From an uncultured Gammaproteobacteria bacterium (GTDB lineage Bacteria; Pseudomonadota; Gammaproteobacteria; CAWCPV01): a DNA stretch of 64,000 nt. The position numbers and the translations under genes are program-made. This document shows, in pieces, positions 1 through 8,869 of this stretch (positions are counted from its first letter, which is position 1; every line of letters starts with the position of its first letter). The stretch lies in the NCBI GenBank assembly GCA_963797555.1, contig CAWCPV010000003.1:64001-128000 (forward strand), given 5' to 3'. The notes below the pieces were generated by a model. That model searched no databases, was not told the DNA's origin, and was given only the letters and a program-made list of their open reading frames with translations.

Positions 1-1
1 C

Positions 2-2204
2 GACTCCTGCAACTCGGGCACGGCGACGCGGGCCCCGGAGGCAGGCACCTTCGTCGCCCGCTATCAGCCGCCGGAAGAGGAGACTCGGGAGGCCGCGGCG
101 CAGGCGCCAGCGGGGGGAGACGGTCGTGCAGGCTGGCTCCCGGAGGCGATGCCCGGGCTGGTGGCGTTCACTGCCGCCAGCGACGGGACGCCCGCACTGG
201 AGAATGCCGGTCGCGGGATCTTCACCGACGCGCTGCTCCGCGTACTGTCCGGCGCGGGCGACAAGCCCATGACTTACGCGCAGGCCGCGCGCCAGACGGC
301 GCCCCTGGTGGCTGCCAACAGCTACCAGATTCCCTACTTCCAGGGCGATCTGACGGCAGTGGTGTTCGGCAACGAGACGCGGGCCCGGCCGGCGGCGTGG
401 GAGGTCATCCGGGTCGGGCCGCCGCTGGAGCTGGGCGGGCCTCCGACGCCCGGTATCGGCAAAGGCGCCGAGCTGCGGATTTACGACGGGGCCGTGACTG
501 GGGCGGACACCCGGGACCCCGCCAAGGCGAAGGCCACCGTCGTGGTCACCGAACGGCCGCCCGGACTGAACGCCGAGGCCCAGGTGTCGGCGGCGAGGCC
601 GGATGCGCCGGCCATCGTCCCTGGAGACCTCGGGGTCCTGGTGCGCCCGGCCGACGAGGTCCTCAAGCTGGTGGTCCGCCTGCGCCCGGCCGGCGAGCCG
701 GGCGGGATCGCTACCGAGCGGGCTGCGCACCTGCGGGCCAAGGTTGCTGCGGACCCGGAGGCCGACATGCTGGTGACCCTCACCGAAGGCCCGGGCGACT
801 TCGAGCTGAGCGTGGACTCGGACGGGCGCCTGGTGCTGCGCGGCCCGGAGAACGCGGTCCGCGATGTCTACGCCGGCGACGACGCGGTACCGACCAACCT
901 GTGGCAGCACGCGCGGCGGCGGGCGCTGCTGCAGCTCCGCGGGGAAGGCGGCTCGGCATACACCGACGACCAGACGCTGCTGGTCCGGCTGGTGCCGGCG
1001 CGCCGGCAGAATTCCTGCGCCCGTGGAATCTGGGACCCCGCGAAGCCAAACAGCGAGCAGGTCATCCCTCTGTGCCATGCCTGGAACGTCGAGGTGGAGC
1101 TGTCGCGCGCGTCGCCCACTCCGCTGCTGGTGGGCGGCGTGGTGCTGTCCACGGACGGGAGCCTGTTCGGGTTTCCCTTCGACGGCCGAAAAGTCCTGTT
1201 GAAGCCGGGCGAGAAGACCGTGTTCGAAGCGGAGCAGGAAACCTTCATGGCAACACTCCCCCTGGAGGTGCAGGACCGGGTCATGATGTTCGGCACGCGC
1301 GAGACCAATCCGGTCGCCTGGCACCTGCTCACGGAGACCGCCAGGACCCGCGACCTCGGGCCCCCGAAGGTCGGGCTCTACGGGGCGCTCGACCGTTATC
1401 TGCGCGGGAGCCGCGGAGTCGGCCGGGCGGAACAGGTCGTGGAGGACAGTACCTGGACGCTCAGCACGGTCACCATGCGGGTGTCGGCCAACGCACGCTT
1501 CCTTCCCTCCGAGGAGGCGCCGGGCCAGCCCATCCGGAGCCGTGAATATACCATCCCGAGCTTCGACATCCGACCGTACTTGCCCGACGATCAGACGACC
1601 GCCCTGTACAAGGTGCTGCGCGAGGCGGACTGGCTCGCCCACGCCTCGGTGCGCGACGGCTTCAGCTACAAGCAGCACCCCTGGACGCAGCCCACCGACG
1701 AGCAGAACCTCCGCCTCGGCATCGACTGCTCCCGGGCCATCTGGTTCGCCTTCACGCGGGCCGGGCTGCCGTACAACAAGACGGACAGCTACCTGAGCAC
1801 CGCCCAGATGGTCTCGGCGCAAAGCCCCATGGCCGATGGCTTCCAGGGTTGCTCCGACGATCCCAACCTGCGCCTCGGGGACATCCTCGTTTACCGGGAT
1901 GACCGCCGCGGCGACGGCCATGTGGTGATGGTCATCGACCCGGTCAAGCGCATCGCCTGGGGTTCCCACGGCTGGGACGGCAATGCCAAGGAGACTCAAA
2001 GTAGAGCCCGACACCGGCGTGGAGTACCAGCTCATCAAATACAAGCAGGACTGGGAACGCTGGGACCGGCCGAACATGAAGCGCAAGGCCTGCTGGCGTT
2101 ATCGGACGTTCGTCGACGAGCGGGCGACCGCTCGCGGCGAGCCGGGCCTAAGGGCGCTGGGCGGCATGTGCGAGCCCGCGAAGGGCTGCGGGCGGATGGA
2201 GTGA
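2..2204 (+). CDS. Caspase-family (peptidase C14) multidomain protein with C-terminal NlpC/P60-like domain; 5'-truncated by the window edge; 1-nt frameshift near 1995
   Basis: Frame 2 is open from base 2: DSCNSG (caspase catalytic-Cys motif), LVAFTAA, GIFTDALL, YQIPYFQG. Late region has GIDCSRAIW...GDILVY...GHVVMV (NlpC/P60 Cys/His). After AKE an extra base shifts the sensible C-terminus (LKVEPDTGVEYQ...CGRME*) into the frame ending at 2204. Confidence 0.8.
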
Positions 2205-2331
2205 GCCGAAGTTTCTTTCCGGCTCATTGACAGGCCGTCCCGCGGATTCGTCTTTTCGGCCGGGCCGCCGGGACCCCCAATCGCACGGGGTCCCGCTCCG
2301 CGCGCCTTCAGCGCAAACGGCAGGACGCGAT

Positions 2332-5300
2332 TCACAGCCAGTTCCCCATCAGGATGAACGGCGCCCAGTAATAGGGGTGGGCATAGGGCTTCGCCGGGTC
2401 GGACAGGTAGGGCGGCGCCTGCGCGCTCGACGGGCTGCAGGTGCCGACCCGCAGCACTTGCCCGCGGGCGCCTGTCGCCTCCCTGTCCGAGGACGGCACC
2501 CTCACCTCCCCCTGCAGCAGCTCGATCTGGGCGCGGCGCAGGGCTTCGGCCTTGTTCAGCCGCTCACCCTCGCGCAGCGCGTACATGCGCTGCATCAATG
2601 CCGCGGTGGTCTGGTCCGCCACCGGCCAGAGCGTCGCGAGCACCCCCTTGGTGCCCTTCTTCTCCGCAGTGACTGCCAGTCCCTCGACCTCCCGGCCCTG
2701 TCCACTGCCGACCGCTGTCTCGCAGGCGGACAGCGTCAGCAGATCCACATTCTGGAAGTCGTAGCGGCCGATGCGGATCTGCGCTAGGGTCAAGGCGCCG
2801 CCGTCGCCCAGCAGCAGGAAGGAATCCGCCTCGGTCGGGCCGATCCGGAAGTGGCTCGCGATGTGCACCACGGGGTAGCGGGGGGAAAGGGCGCGGCGCA
2901 GCTCCTGCTGGGTGAAATCCTGGTCGAGATGGATCGCGCCATCGAGCACACCGCCCGAGCGCCCCTGCTCCTTGACGATGCCCTCCAGCTCCGCTCTCGC
3001 GCCGGGAAGCGCTGGAAAGTCCCGCAGGGCCTGGGTGACGCCGAAACCGGCGACCTTCCAGGCAGCCTTGGGCGAATCCTTGAGCCGGTCGGCCGCGGGC
3101 TCGATGTAGACGGCCACGGCGTAGCGCTCGGCCAAATACTGGCGGCCGTCGTAAAGGGCGGCGAGCGGCACATAGCGCAGTACGCCATCCAACGAAACCA
3201 TGAGGGTCTTAGCGTGGGCCTGTTTCAGGTCTTCGGCGACCGGAGCAATCAACAGGTCGTACAGCGCCTTTGCAAGCGGGCGCGGATCGAGGCTGGGGCT
3301 GCGCAGGGCCTCCAGGAGCCGACAGGTGAGAGGGTTGATCTCTCCCTCACCGGCCGGAAGCCTGTAAGGCTTCTGCACGTCCGCCGTGGTAAGCAGAATG
3401 CGCAGCCCGTCTGGGAGTAGGATGTACTGCAAGAGCACCGTGCCGGGGCCCAGGTCGCCGACCATGCCCATGCGCCCGGTGTCGAACTGGCGCTGCGCCA
3501 GTTCTTCGCCGCGCGCCTTGTCGAGCCGCTCGAAGGCGGCCTTCAGCTCGTCCAGCATGGCGTTGAAGGCCTGGCTGGCGACATCGAGATCCTCATCGAG
3601 CTTCGCAGAATCCTTTCGATCCTGGGCGCTGAGTGCGGCGTCGCCCTTGTTCATGAGCCGTCGCCGCTTCTCACCGAAGCTCACGAGCTGGCGGGCAATC
3701 GCTTGGTAGCGCTCGTTCCAGGGTTGCTCAGGGGCATCGTAGCCCACGCGGGTCTTGCGGGCATCCGCGCCCCGGCGCACGAAGTCGAAGTACTCCTCCT
3801 CCTTCAACATCCCCATTACCTGCTGCGCCTCCAACAGCCGGCCCTGCTCAATCAACAGGTCGATCAGGCGGCGGTACACTCCCATCTTGTCTTCGAGAAA
3901 GGAACGCTGCAGCGCTGGGTCCATTTCCGCGATGTTGCTCCGCACCGACTGGATGGTGTTCACCGCCTGTTTTCCGAAGAAGATGGCGAGCAGTGGCTTG
4001 GACAACGCGGCATAGGCTTGACTGAGGCCGTCCATGGCGCGCCACAGCACTTCGGGCCGCCCAATCTCGGTCTCGAATAGCAAGGCACGCTGGAACTGCT
4101 CGACGGCCTGGTCGTAGCGCCCAGTGTCGAGATACACGAGCCCCAGGTCGTAATGGGAGGCGCTCTCGCCGGGGCGGTCGCCGATGGCCTCCTTGATGCG
4201 GAGCGATCGGGAAAGGTACTCGATGGCCTTCCCGGTGTCCCCCTGTTTCCGATAGAGTTCGCCGATGTTGTTGAGCCCGCGCGCTTCTCCGGCGCGGTCG
4301 GGGAGGGTTCGCTTCGCATCCACAGACCGTTGGTAGTAATCGAGCGCCTTCCGATAGTCGCCGAGCGCTCGGTGGATGGCGCCGATATTGTTCAGATTGT
4401 TCGCCTCCCGGTGCCGGTCACCGATCTTCCGCGCTATCGCGAGCGAGCGCTCGCAGTAGTCGAGCGCCCGGCGGAAATCTCCCAGATCTTGGTAGAGCAG
4501 GCAGATGTTCCCGAGGACTCGGCCCTCTCCGCCCAGATCGCCGATGGATTGCTTGAGGGCCAGCGACTGCTCGTAATGCTGAAGAGCCTGGCTGTACTCT
4601 GCGCGGAGCCGGTACAGGCCCCCCAGGTCGTTCAGGGTCTTCGCCTCGCCGGCCCGATCTCCGGCGGAACGGGCGAGCTTCAGCGAGTCCTGGTAGTCGG
4701 CGAGGGCTTGATCGAGGTGGCCGAGGGCCTGGTCGACGGCGCCGAGGTTGCGCAGCCCCTCGCTTTCCACCGCAGGGTCACCGATGCCGCGGCCGATGGC
4801 CCGCCCATCGTGAATCACCTCCAGCGCCTGCGGGTACTGCCCAATGCGCCGGTAGATCAGCCCGAGGTGGACCAGCGCACTCGCCTCCAGAGGCCGATCC
4901 CCGAGGACACGGGCGATGTTCAGCCCCTCCCGGGCGCGCGACAGGGCCTGGCTATAGCGGCCGGAGCCCTCTTCCGCGCGCGAGAGGTCGATGAGAACTT
5001 TCGCTTCGGCTGCCTCGCGCCTGTTCCCGCGCGCGAGGTCGAGACCCTTCCGGGAGAGGGATTCCGCCGCCTGGAAGTCCCCCCGTCGCAGGGCCTCTTC
5101 GGCCTGTGCCTGCATCTGCCCCAGTTGGCTGTCGACGGAACGGACCGAAGTCGCGGCACAGCCCGTCAAGATAGCGAGCAGGAACCCCCACCGGGCCAGG
5201 GTCAAAAGACGGCAGAACGTCGGGCGCAAAGCGGTGGGCGCCAGTCCCGGCGATGGCTCCTGTCCGGCCCGCTCTTCCAACGGTCGGGCCATCATGGTCG

Positions 5301-5346
5301 ACGCGGTCGGCACCGGACGGCCGCGCTTGACAGTCGGGAAAAGCAT
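2332..5346 (-). CDS. TPR-repeat + CHAT-domain protease, probable lipoprotein (true start uncertain, likely downstream of 5346)
   Basis: About 9 TPR units (EAKTLNDLGGLY, EANNLNNIGAIH). CHAT motifs VVHIASHF, LLTLSACETAVG, VLATLWPVAD, HPYYWAPFILMGNW. Hydrophobic stretch ends in lipobox LTGC. Confidence 0.9.
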   Translation of the reverse strand: MLFPTVKRGRPVPTASTMMARPLEERAGQEPSPGLAPTALRPTFCRLLTLARWGFLLAILTGCAATSVRSVDSQLGQMQAQAEEALRRGDFQAAESLSRKGLDLARGNRREAAEAKVLIDLSRAEEGSGRYSQALSRAREGLNIARVLGDRPLEASALVHLGLIYRRIGQYPQALEVIHDGRAIGRGIGDPAVESEGLRNLGAVDQALGHLDQALADYQDSLKLARSAGDRAGEAKTLNDLGGLYRLRAEYSQALQHYEQSLALKQSIGDLGGEGRVLGNICLLYQDLGDFRRALDYCERSLAIARKIGDRHREANNLNNIGAIHRALGDYRKALDYYQRSVDAKRTLPDRAGEARGLNNIGELYRKQGDTGKAIEYLSRSLRIKEAIGDRPGESASHYDLGLVYLDTGRYDQAVEQFQRALLFETEIGRPEVLWRAMDGLSQAYAALSKPLLAIFFGKQAVNTIQSVRSNIAEMDPALQRSFLEDKMGVYRRLIDLLIEQGRLLEAQQVMGMLKEEEYFDFVRRGADARKTRVGYDAPEQPWNERYQAIARQLVSFGEKRRRLMNKGDAALSAQDRKDSAKLDEDLDVASQAFNAMLDELKAAFERLDKARGEELAQRQFDTGRMGMVGDLGPGTVLLQYILLPDGLRILLTTADVQKPYRLPAGEGEINPLTCRLLEALRSPSLDPRPLAKALYDLLIAPVAEDLKQAHAKTLMVSLDGVLRYVPLAALYDGRQYLAERYAVAVYIEPAADRLKDSPKAAWKVAGFGVTQALRDFPALPGARAELEGIVKEQGRSGGVLDGAIHLDQDFTQQELRRALSPRYPVVHIASHFRIGPTEADSFLLLGDGGALTLAQIRIGRYDFQNVDLLTLSACETAVGSGQGREVEGLAVTAEKKGTKGVLATLWPVADQTTAALMQRMYALREGERLNKAEALRRAQIELLQGEVRVPSSDREATGARGQVLRVGTCSPSSAQAPPYLSDPAKPYAHPYYWAPFILMGNWL

Positions 5347-5493
5347 ACCTATAGCTTAGGCCATCGGACCGCGTGGGCACGCCGGGGACACAGCCGGGCA
5401 CAAACCGCTCGAGGACTTGCAGGTTCACCAGGCGCGCGCATCGCCGAGGGCTGTCCTGGGCACGCAAAAAGCGCGCGCAATGGAGACGCGTCC

Positions 5494-6624
5494 ATGATGA
5501 TTGCAAATACCCTCACAGCCGCTCTCCAACTGACATTCCTATCTTTGGTCCTGAGCGCGTGCGGCCCCATCCCACAGGACGGGATACCCGGGGGCGGCAC
5601 CGGCCCCACAGACGGCGGCTTGGTGGAGCTGGACGAGAACACCGATCCGCGCTTGGTTCACTCCGGGGCCATGGGAATCATCGGCACGCTACGCACCGAC
5701 GGCGAGAACGTGTTCCTGAACGGAGAACGGGTTACCGGCCCGGCTCGGGTTCCCAACAACGCGCACCTGCGCACCGGGACGAGAAGCGGAGCCCGCGTGG
5801 ACTTTAGGGGCGACGGGTACGGGTGCCGCATTGGCGTCGTCGACCTCCACATGGGCAATCTGTACGGCGAGACCGTCGGCTGTCAGCACCAGGTGGAGAC
5901 ACCCCAGGGGGCGGGCCGTTCCGGCCTGGAAAGGACCGTCTACAGCGTGCGGATGCTCGGGCAGCGGACGGAGCTGACCGTTTTCACAGGCAGCGCAGAG
6001 GCATGGATCTGGCGCGACCCGCAGCATCGGGTTCCGGTGCGTGCGTACCAGGAGGTCATCCTGAGTGCGACCGGCATCATCGGCCCGCGGCCGGTCTCTG
6101 GTCTGGAGGCCCGACAGCGGATCGCCTGGCGAAGCCGTTTCGACTTTTCCGGGGCCTCCCGGAAGCAGGGCTACTGCGAGCGATACGCGCGGACCGCGGT
6201 GGAGCAGAACCAGCAGAACCTCGAACGCAGGTGCGGGTTCACCGGCATCCGCTGGCAATCCGACTTGCGTCGCCACTTCGAATGGTGCATGGCAGGTGAC
6301 AACGCTCGCGTCGCTCCTAGAGAGACCGAGGCGCGGGAGCGACAGCTCAGCCAGTGCGGCCGTGGAGCGGGCGCAGACCAGCGGGGGGAGGCGTTCTGCC
6401 GTCGCTACGCACAGACTGCCGCCGAGGAGAACCAGCAGAACCTCGAACACAGGTGCGGGTTCACCGGCATCCGCTGGCAATCCAACTTCTCGAACCACTT
6501 CGAGTGGTGCATGAGCGGCAACAACTGGCGTCTCTATGCCGGCAGAGAACAAGAAGCGCGCGCGGCAGAGCTGAAGGGGTGCCGAGCCGAGTCCAGGCAT
6601 TCGGTTCAGGCCACCGCGCGATAG
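5494..6624 (+). CDS. Lipoprotein with FecR-like beta region and two Cys-rich C-terminal modules
   Basis: GGAG RBS at 5482, ATG at 5494, signal peptide ending LSAC. LRTGTRSGARVDF and TELTVFTGSAE resemble FecR-domain motifs. Duplicated CxxYAxTA...CGFTGIRWQS...HFEWC module. Confidence 0.7.
   Translation: MMIANTLTAALQLTFLSLVLSACGPIPQDGIPGGGTGPTDGGLVELDENTDPRLVHSGAMGIIGTLRTDGENVFLNGERVTGPARVPNNAHLRTGTRSGARVDFRGDGYGCRIGVVDLHMGNLYGETVGCQHQVETPQGAGRSGLERTVYSVRMLGQRTELTVFTGSAEAWIWRDPQHRVPVRAYQEVILSATGIIGPRPVSGLEARQRIAWRSRFDFSGASRKQGYCERYARTAVEQNQQNLERRCGFTGIRWQSDLRRHFEWCMAGDNARVAPRETEARERQLSQCGRGAGADQRGEAFCRRYAQTAAEENQQNLEHRCGFTGIRWQSNFSNHFEWCMSGNNWRLYAGREQEARAAELKGCRAESRHSVQATAR
6172..6513 (+). repeat. 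Intragenic duplication (~120 bp x2) encoding the Cys-rich module
   Basis: agaaccagcagaacctcgaac.caggtgcgggttcaccggcatccgctggcaatcc is near-identical at ~6205 and ~6428. Confidence 0.9.
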
Positions 6625-6728
6625 GTTACGGCCCCCTGAACCCGCACCCGAACCGCCCCCGGAAATTCGTTGAGGGCGCTGCGCTTCGGTCGGCGAGGGA
6701 CGAGATCTGGGGAGGTCTGCGGTCCTGC

Positions 6729-7424
6729 TCAGACTCCACCTTCACCCTTGCGGATGTCGACGGGAGACAGTTCCTCACCCGCGGGGGGCACCGCGCGGGG
6801 CCTGCCGATTCCTTCGAAAAACAGGTCGATCTCCCGTTCGCGGCGGGTCTTCAAGCCGGGCCATTCCTTCCCCCCCGCCTTCACCCAGCGGAGAAGCTGG
6901 AAGGGCACACGGTCATACTGCTTGCCGTTAACCGCTTTCAGAAGGGTGGACGTCCGAAAGTTCCCGCTGCCCACGTTGTAGACGAAGTCGCACAGGGCCG
7001 CGTACTGCCCGTCCGTAAGCTCCGGGGCCACAGCCGTCATAACGGTCACCTGCGCCCGTGCCATGTCGGTGACGAGCAGTTCGCTTCCCCTCGGCTCCGT
7101 GACGCCGTTCAGGAACTCTTCGGGCTCGGAGCCGTCGCAGGGCCGGCGCTTCACCAGATGACCGTATGCGATGCTGCAGTATCGTGCGGCGTCATCGTAA
7201 AGTCGGTCCCGGAAACCCTCGGAGACCTTGGTTAGCCGCAGCCCTTGGTCGTAGATCGGGCGCGGGGAGACACCCGGAGGGAGCACGGCCCGCTCCGGGG
7301 GCTCGAGGAAAATCCCCGGGGTGAGGGTATCCGCGCTTGGATAGGTGCTCTTGCCGCAGCCTCCGCCCACACCGGCTACCGACAGAATCAGAAGGAATCC
7401 CAAAACGGCACGTAGCTGTCCCAT
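6729..7424 (-). CDS. GH24 (phage-type) lysozyme with N-terminal export signal
   Basis: SEGFRDRLYDDAARYCSIAYGH (E-x8-D-x5-S, T4L-like spacing), ALCDFVYNVGSGNFRTSTLLK, RWVKAGG..PGLKTRRERE. Hydrophobic N-terminus ends in GGGC. Confidence 0.9.
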   Translation of the reverse strand: MGQLRAVLGFLLILSVAGVGGGCGKSTYPSADTLTPGIFLEPPERAVLPPGVSPRPIYDQGLRLTKVSEGFRDRLYDDAARYCSIAYGHLVKRRPCDGSEPEEFLNGVTEPRGSELLVTDMARAQVTVMTAVAPELTDGQYAALCDFVYNVGSGNFRTSTLLKAVNGKQYDRVPFQLLRWVKAGGKEWPGLKTRREREIDLFFEGIGRPRAVPPAGEELSPVDIRKGEGGV

Positions 7425-7450
7425 TGTCCGTCCCCCGCTTTTCTGAGTGA

Positions 7451-7575
7451 GAGCTTTGTAACTCTACTGTGCGTCCCGTGAACTTCGTTGCACGGCATTC
7501 GTGGCGCACCTCCCTGTAGGCCACCCCTTCGGGGCGTCCTGCGGACGTGCCGAATGACTGTCCTACCGTTCGGTC
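7451..7575 (+). repeat. Degenerate copy of the MITE-like repeat (long variant)
   Basis: tggcgcacctccctgtaggccaccccttcggggcgtcctgcggacgtgccgaatgactgtcctaccgttcggtc nearly matches 54546-54620. Begins gagctttgtaa, like the family TIR. Confidence 0.8.
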
Positions 7576-7815
7576 ACGAGTTTCGGGAAACGCGATTCGG
7601 TCCCAGGGCCATCGCCAGGAGGACTTTCCCGCTGTTACCCAACACGGTCCCAAAGAGGTTAGGGAATCTCCGAATGAATCGAGTTCAGTCCGGTCCGGTC
7701 CCACAGAAATGGTTCAATGTGAAACAATAGCGATCTCCGCCGCCGATGTCACCGTATGCGGGGCGTTTTCGGCCCTGGCAGCCCGTTTCCGGGCTCATTG
7801 AGCGGATTGCGCCCG

Positions 7816-8547
7816 TCAGCTCATCAAAGTTCGTCGGGCCAGGTACGGGTTGGTCAGCCCGATCAGGGCGAACACTTGCGCCGCGTTCTTCAGCAGCCCG
7901 TAACGCGTCTTGGGGTAGCCGAACTGCCGCTTCATCACCCGAAACAGGAACTCTACCCGACTGCGGATCGGCGCGAGGCGGCGGTTCGTGCGGCGATTCG
8001 CTGCCGTCAACTGGTGTGTGCTCGTGGCCTTCAGTGCCACTCCCCAGAATACGCCCGCGGCGCGTGCCCCGCGTGGCCCTTGTCACCAAACACCGCCCGG
8101 TCGTCTTCGCGGATGAGGTTGGCAACTCGCTGATGTCCGGGACATGGGCCGCAGTGGCCGAGACGGTATGCGCCAGCCCGCTGTTAACCTCCGCCCCCAC
8201 ATGCACCTTCATGCCGAAGTACCACTGGTTGCCCTTGTTGGTCTGACGCATCTCGGGGTAACGCTGTTTGGTCGCAGTCCTGGTGGAGGACGGAGCTGGA
8301 TCAACGCGGCATCCACCATGGTGCCACCCTTGAGCAACAGGCCGTTCTCGGTCAGCACGTCGTTGATCACGTTCGTAAGCCTGGCGCTCAACGGGTGGCG
8401 CTCCAGCAGGCGGCGAAAATTGAGGATCGTCGTCTCGTCGGGCAGGGCATCGTCCACCAATTCCAGCGCCGGCAAACCGGCGCATCGACTCGATCTCGTA
8501 AAGGGCGTCTTCCATGCCGGGCCCGACAGCCCGAACCAGTGCTGCAT
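7816..8547 (-). mobile_element. IS5-family transposase pseudogene (multiple frameshifts, 5'-truncated)
   Basis: Fragments across frames: MQHWFGLS, MEDALYEIESMRRFAG, PDETTILNFRRLLE, GTMVDAALI, KGNQWYFGMKVHVG, RVEFLFRVMKRQFGY. Confidence 0.9.
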
Positions 8548-8686
8548 GAAGTCAACACTCCTGTTCCCGTAAGACTATGGGTGGCTCCGACTTCCGTACG
8601 CCTCCGTCCGTGTCCTCGCTTCTTACACTCGTTCACGGATGCCCGCTCCCTGCGAACCGTCGCACGCCCGATCCAGGGGGTGCTCA

Positions 8687-8735
8687 GAGCTTGGTGAGTG
8701 AATCTGCTACACGTCCCGCTAGCGGACGTGCCGAA
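8687..8735 (+). repeat. Degenerate end of the MITE-like repeat
   Basis: tca-gagcttggtgagtgaatctgctacacgtcccgctagcgg resembles the reverse complement of 31075-31123. Confidence 0.55.
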
Positions 8736-8869
8736 AAGGACCCCGTGTCCCGAGCGTGATCGGCTAGAACGGGAACATGCTGCCCATGCGTCCCATGGTC
8801 GATCCGATGGACCGGGACATCAGTCCCATCGAGAGGTTCATCTGATGCATCTCGCCAACCATGGGCGGC

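Noticed and set aside
4153-5493. N-terminal 447 codons of the 823-aa ORF
   Set aside because: Antisense shadow of the TPR-CHAT gene. RBS and signal peptide place the real start at 5494.
6729-7424. Prophage implied by the lysozyme
   Set aside because: No holin, spanin, structural, terminase or integrase genes in the window.
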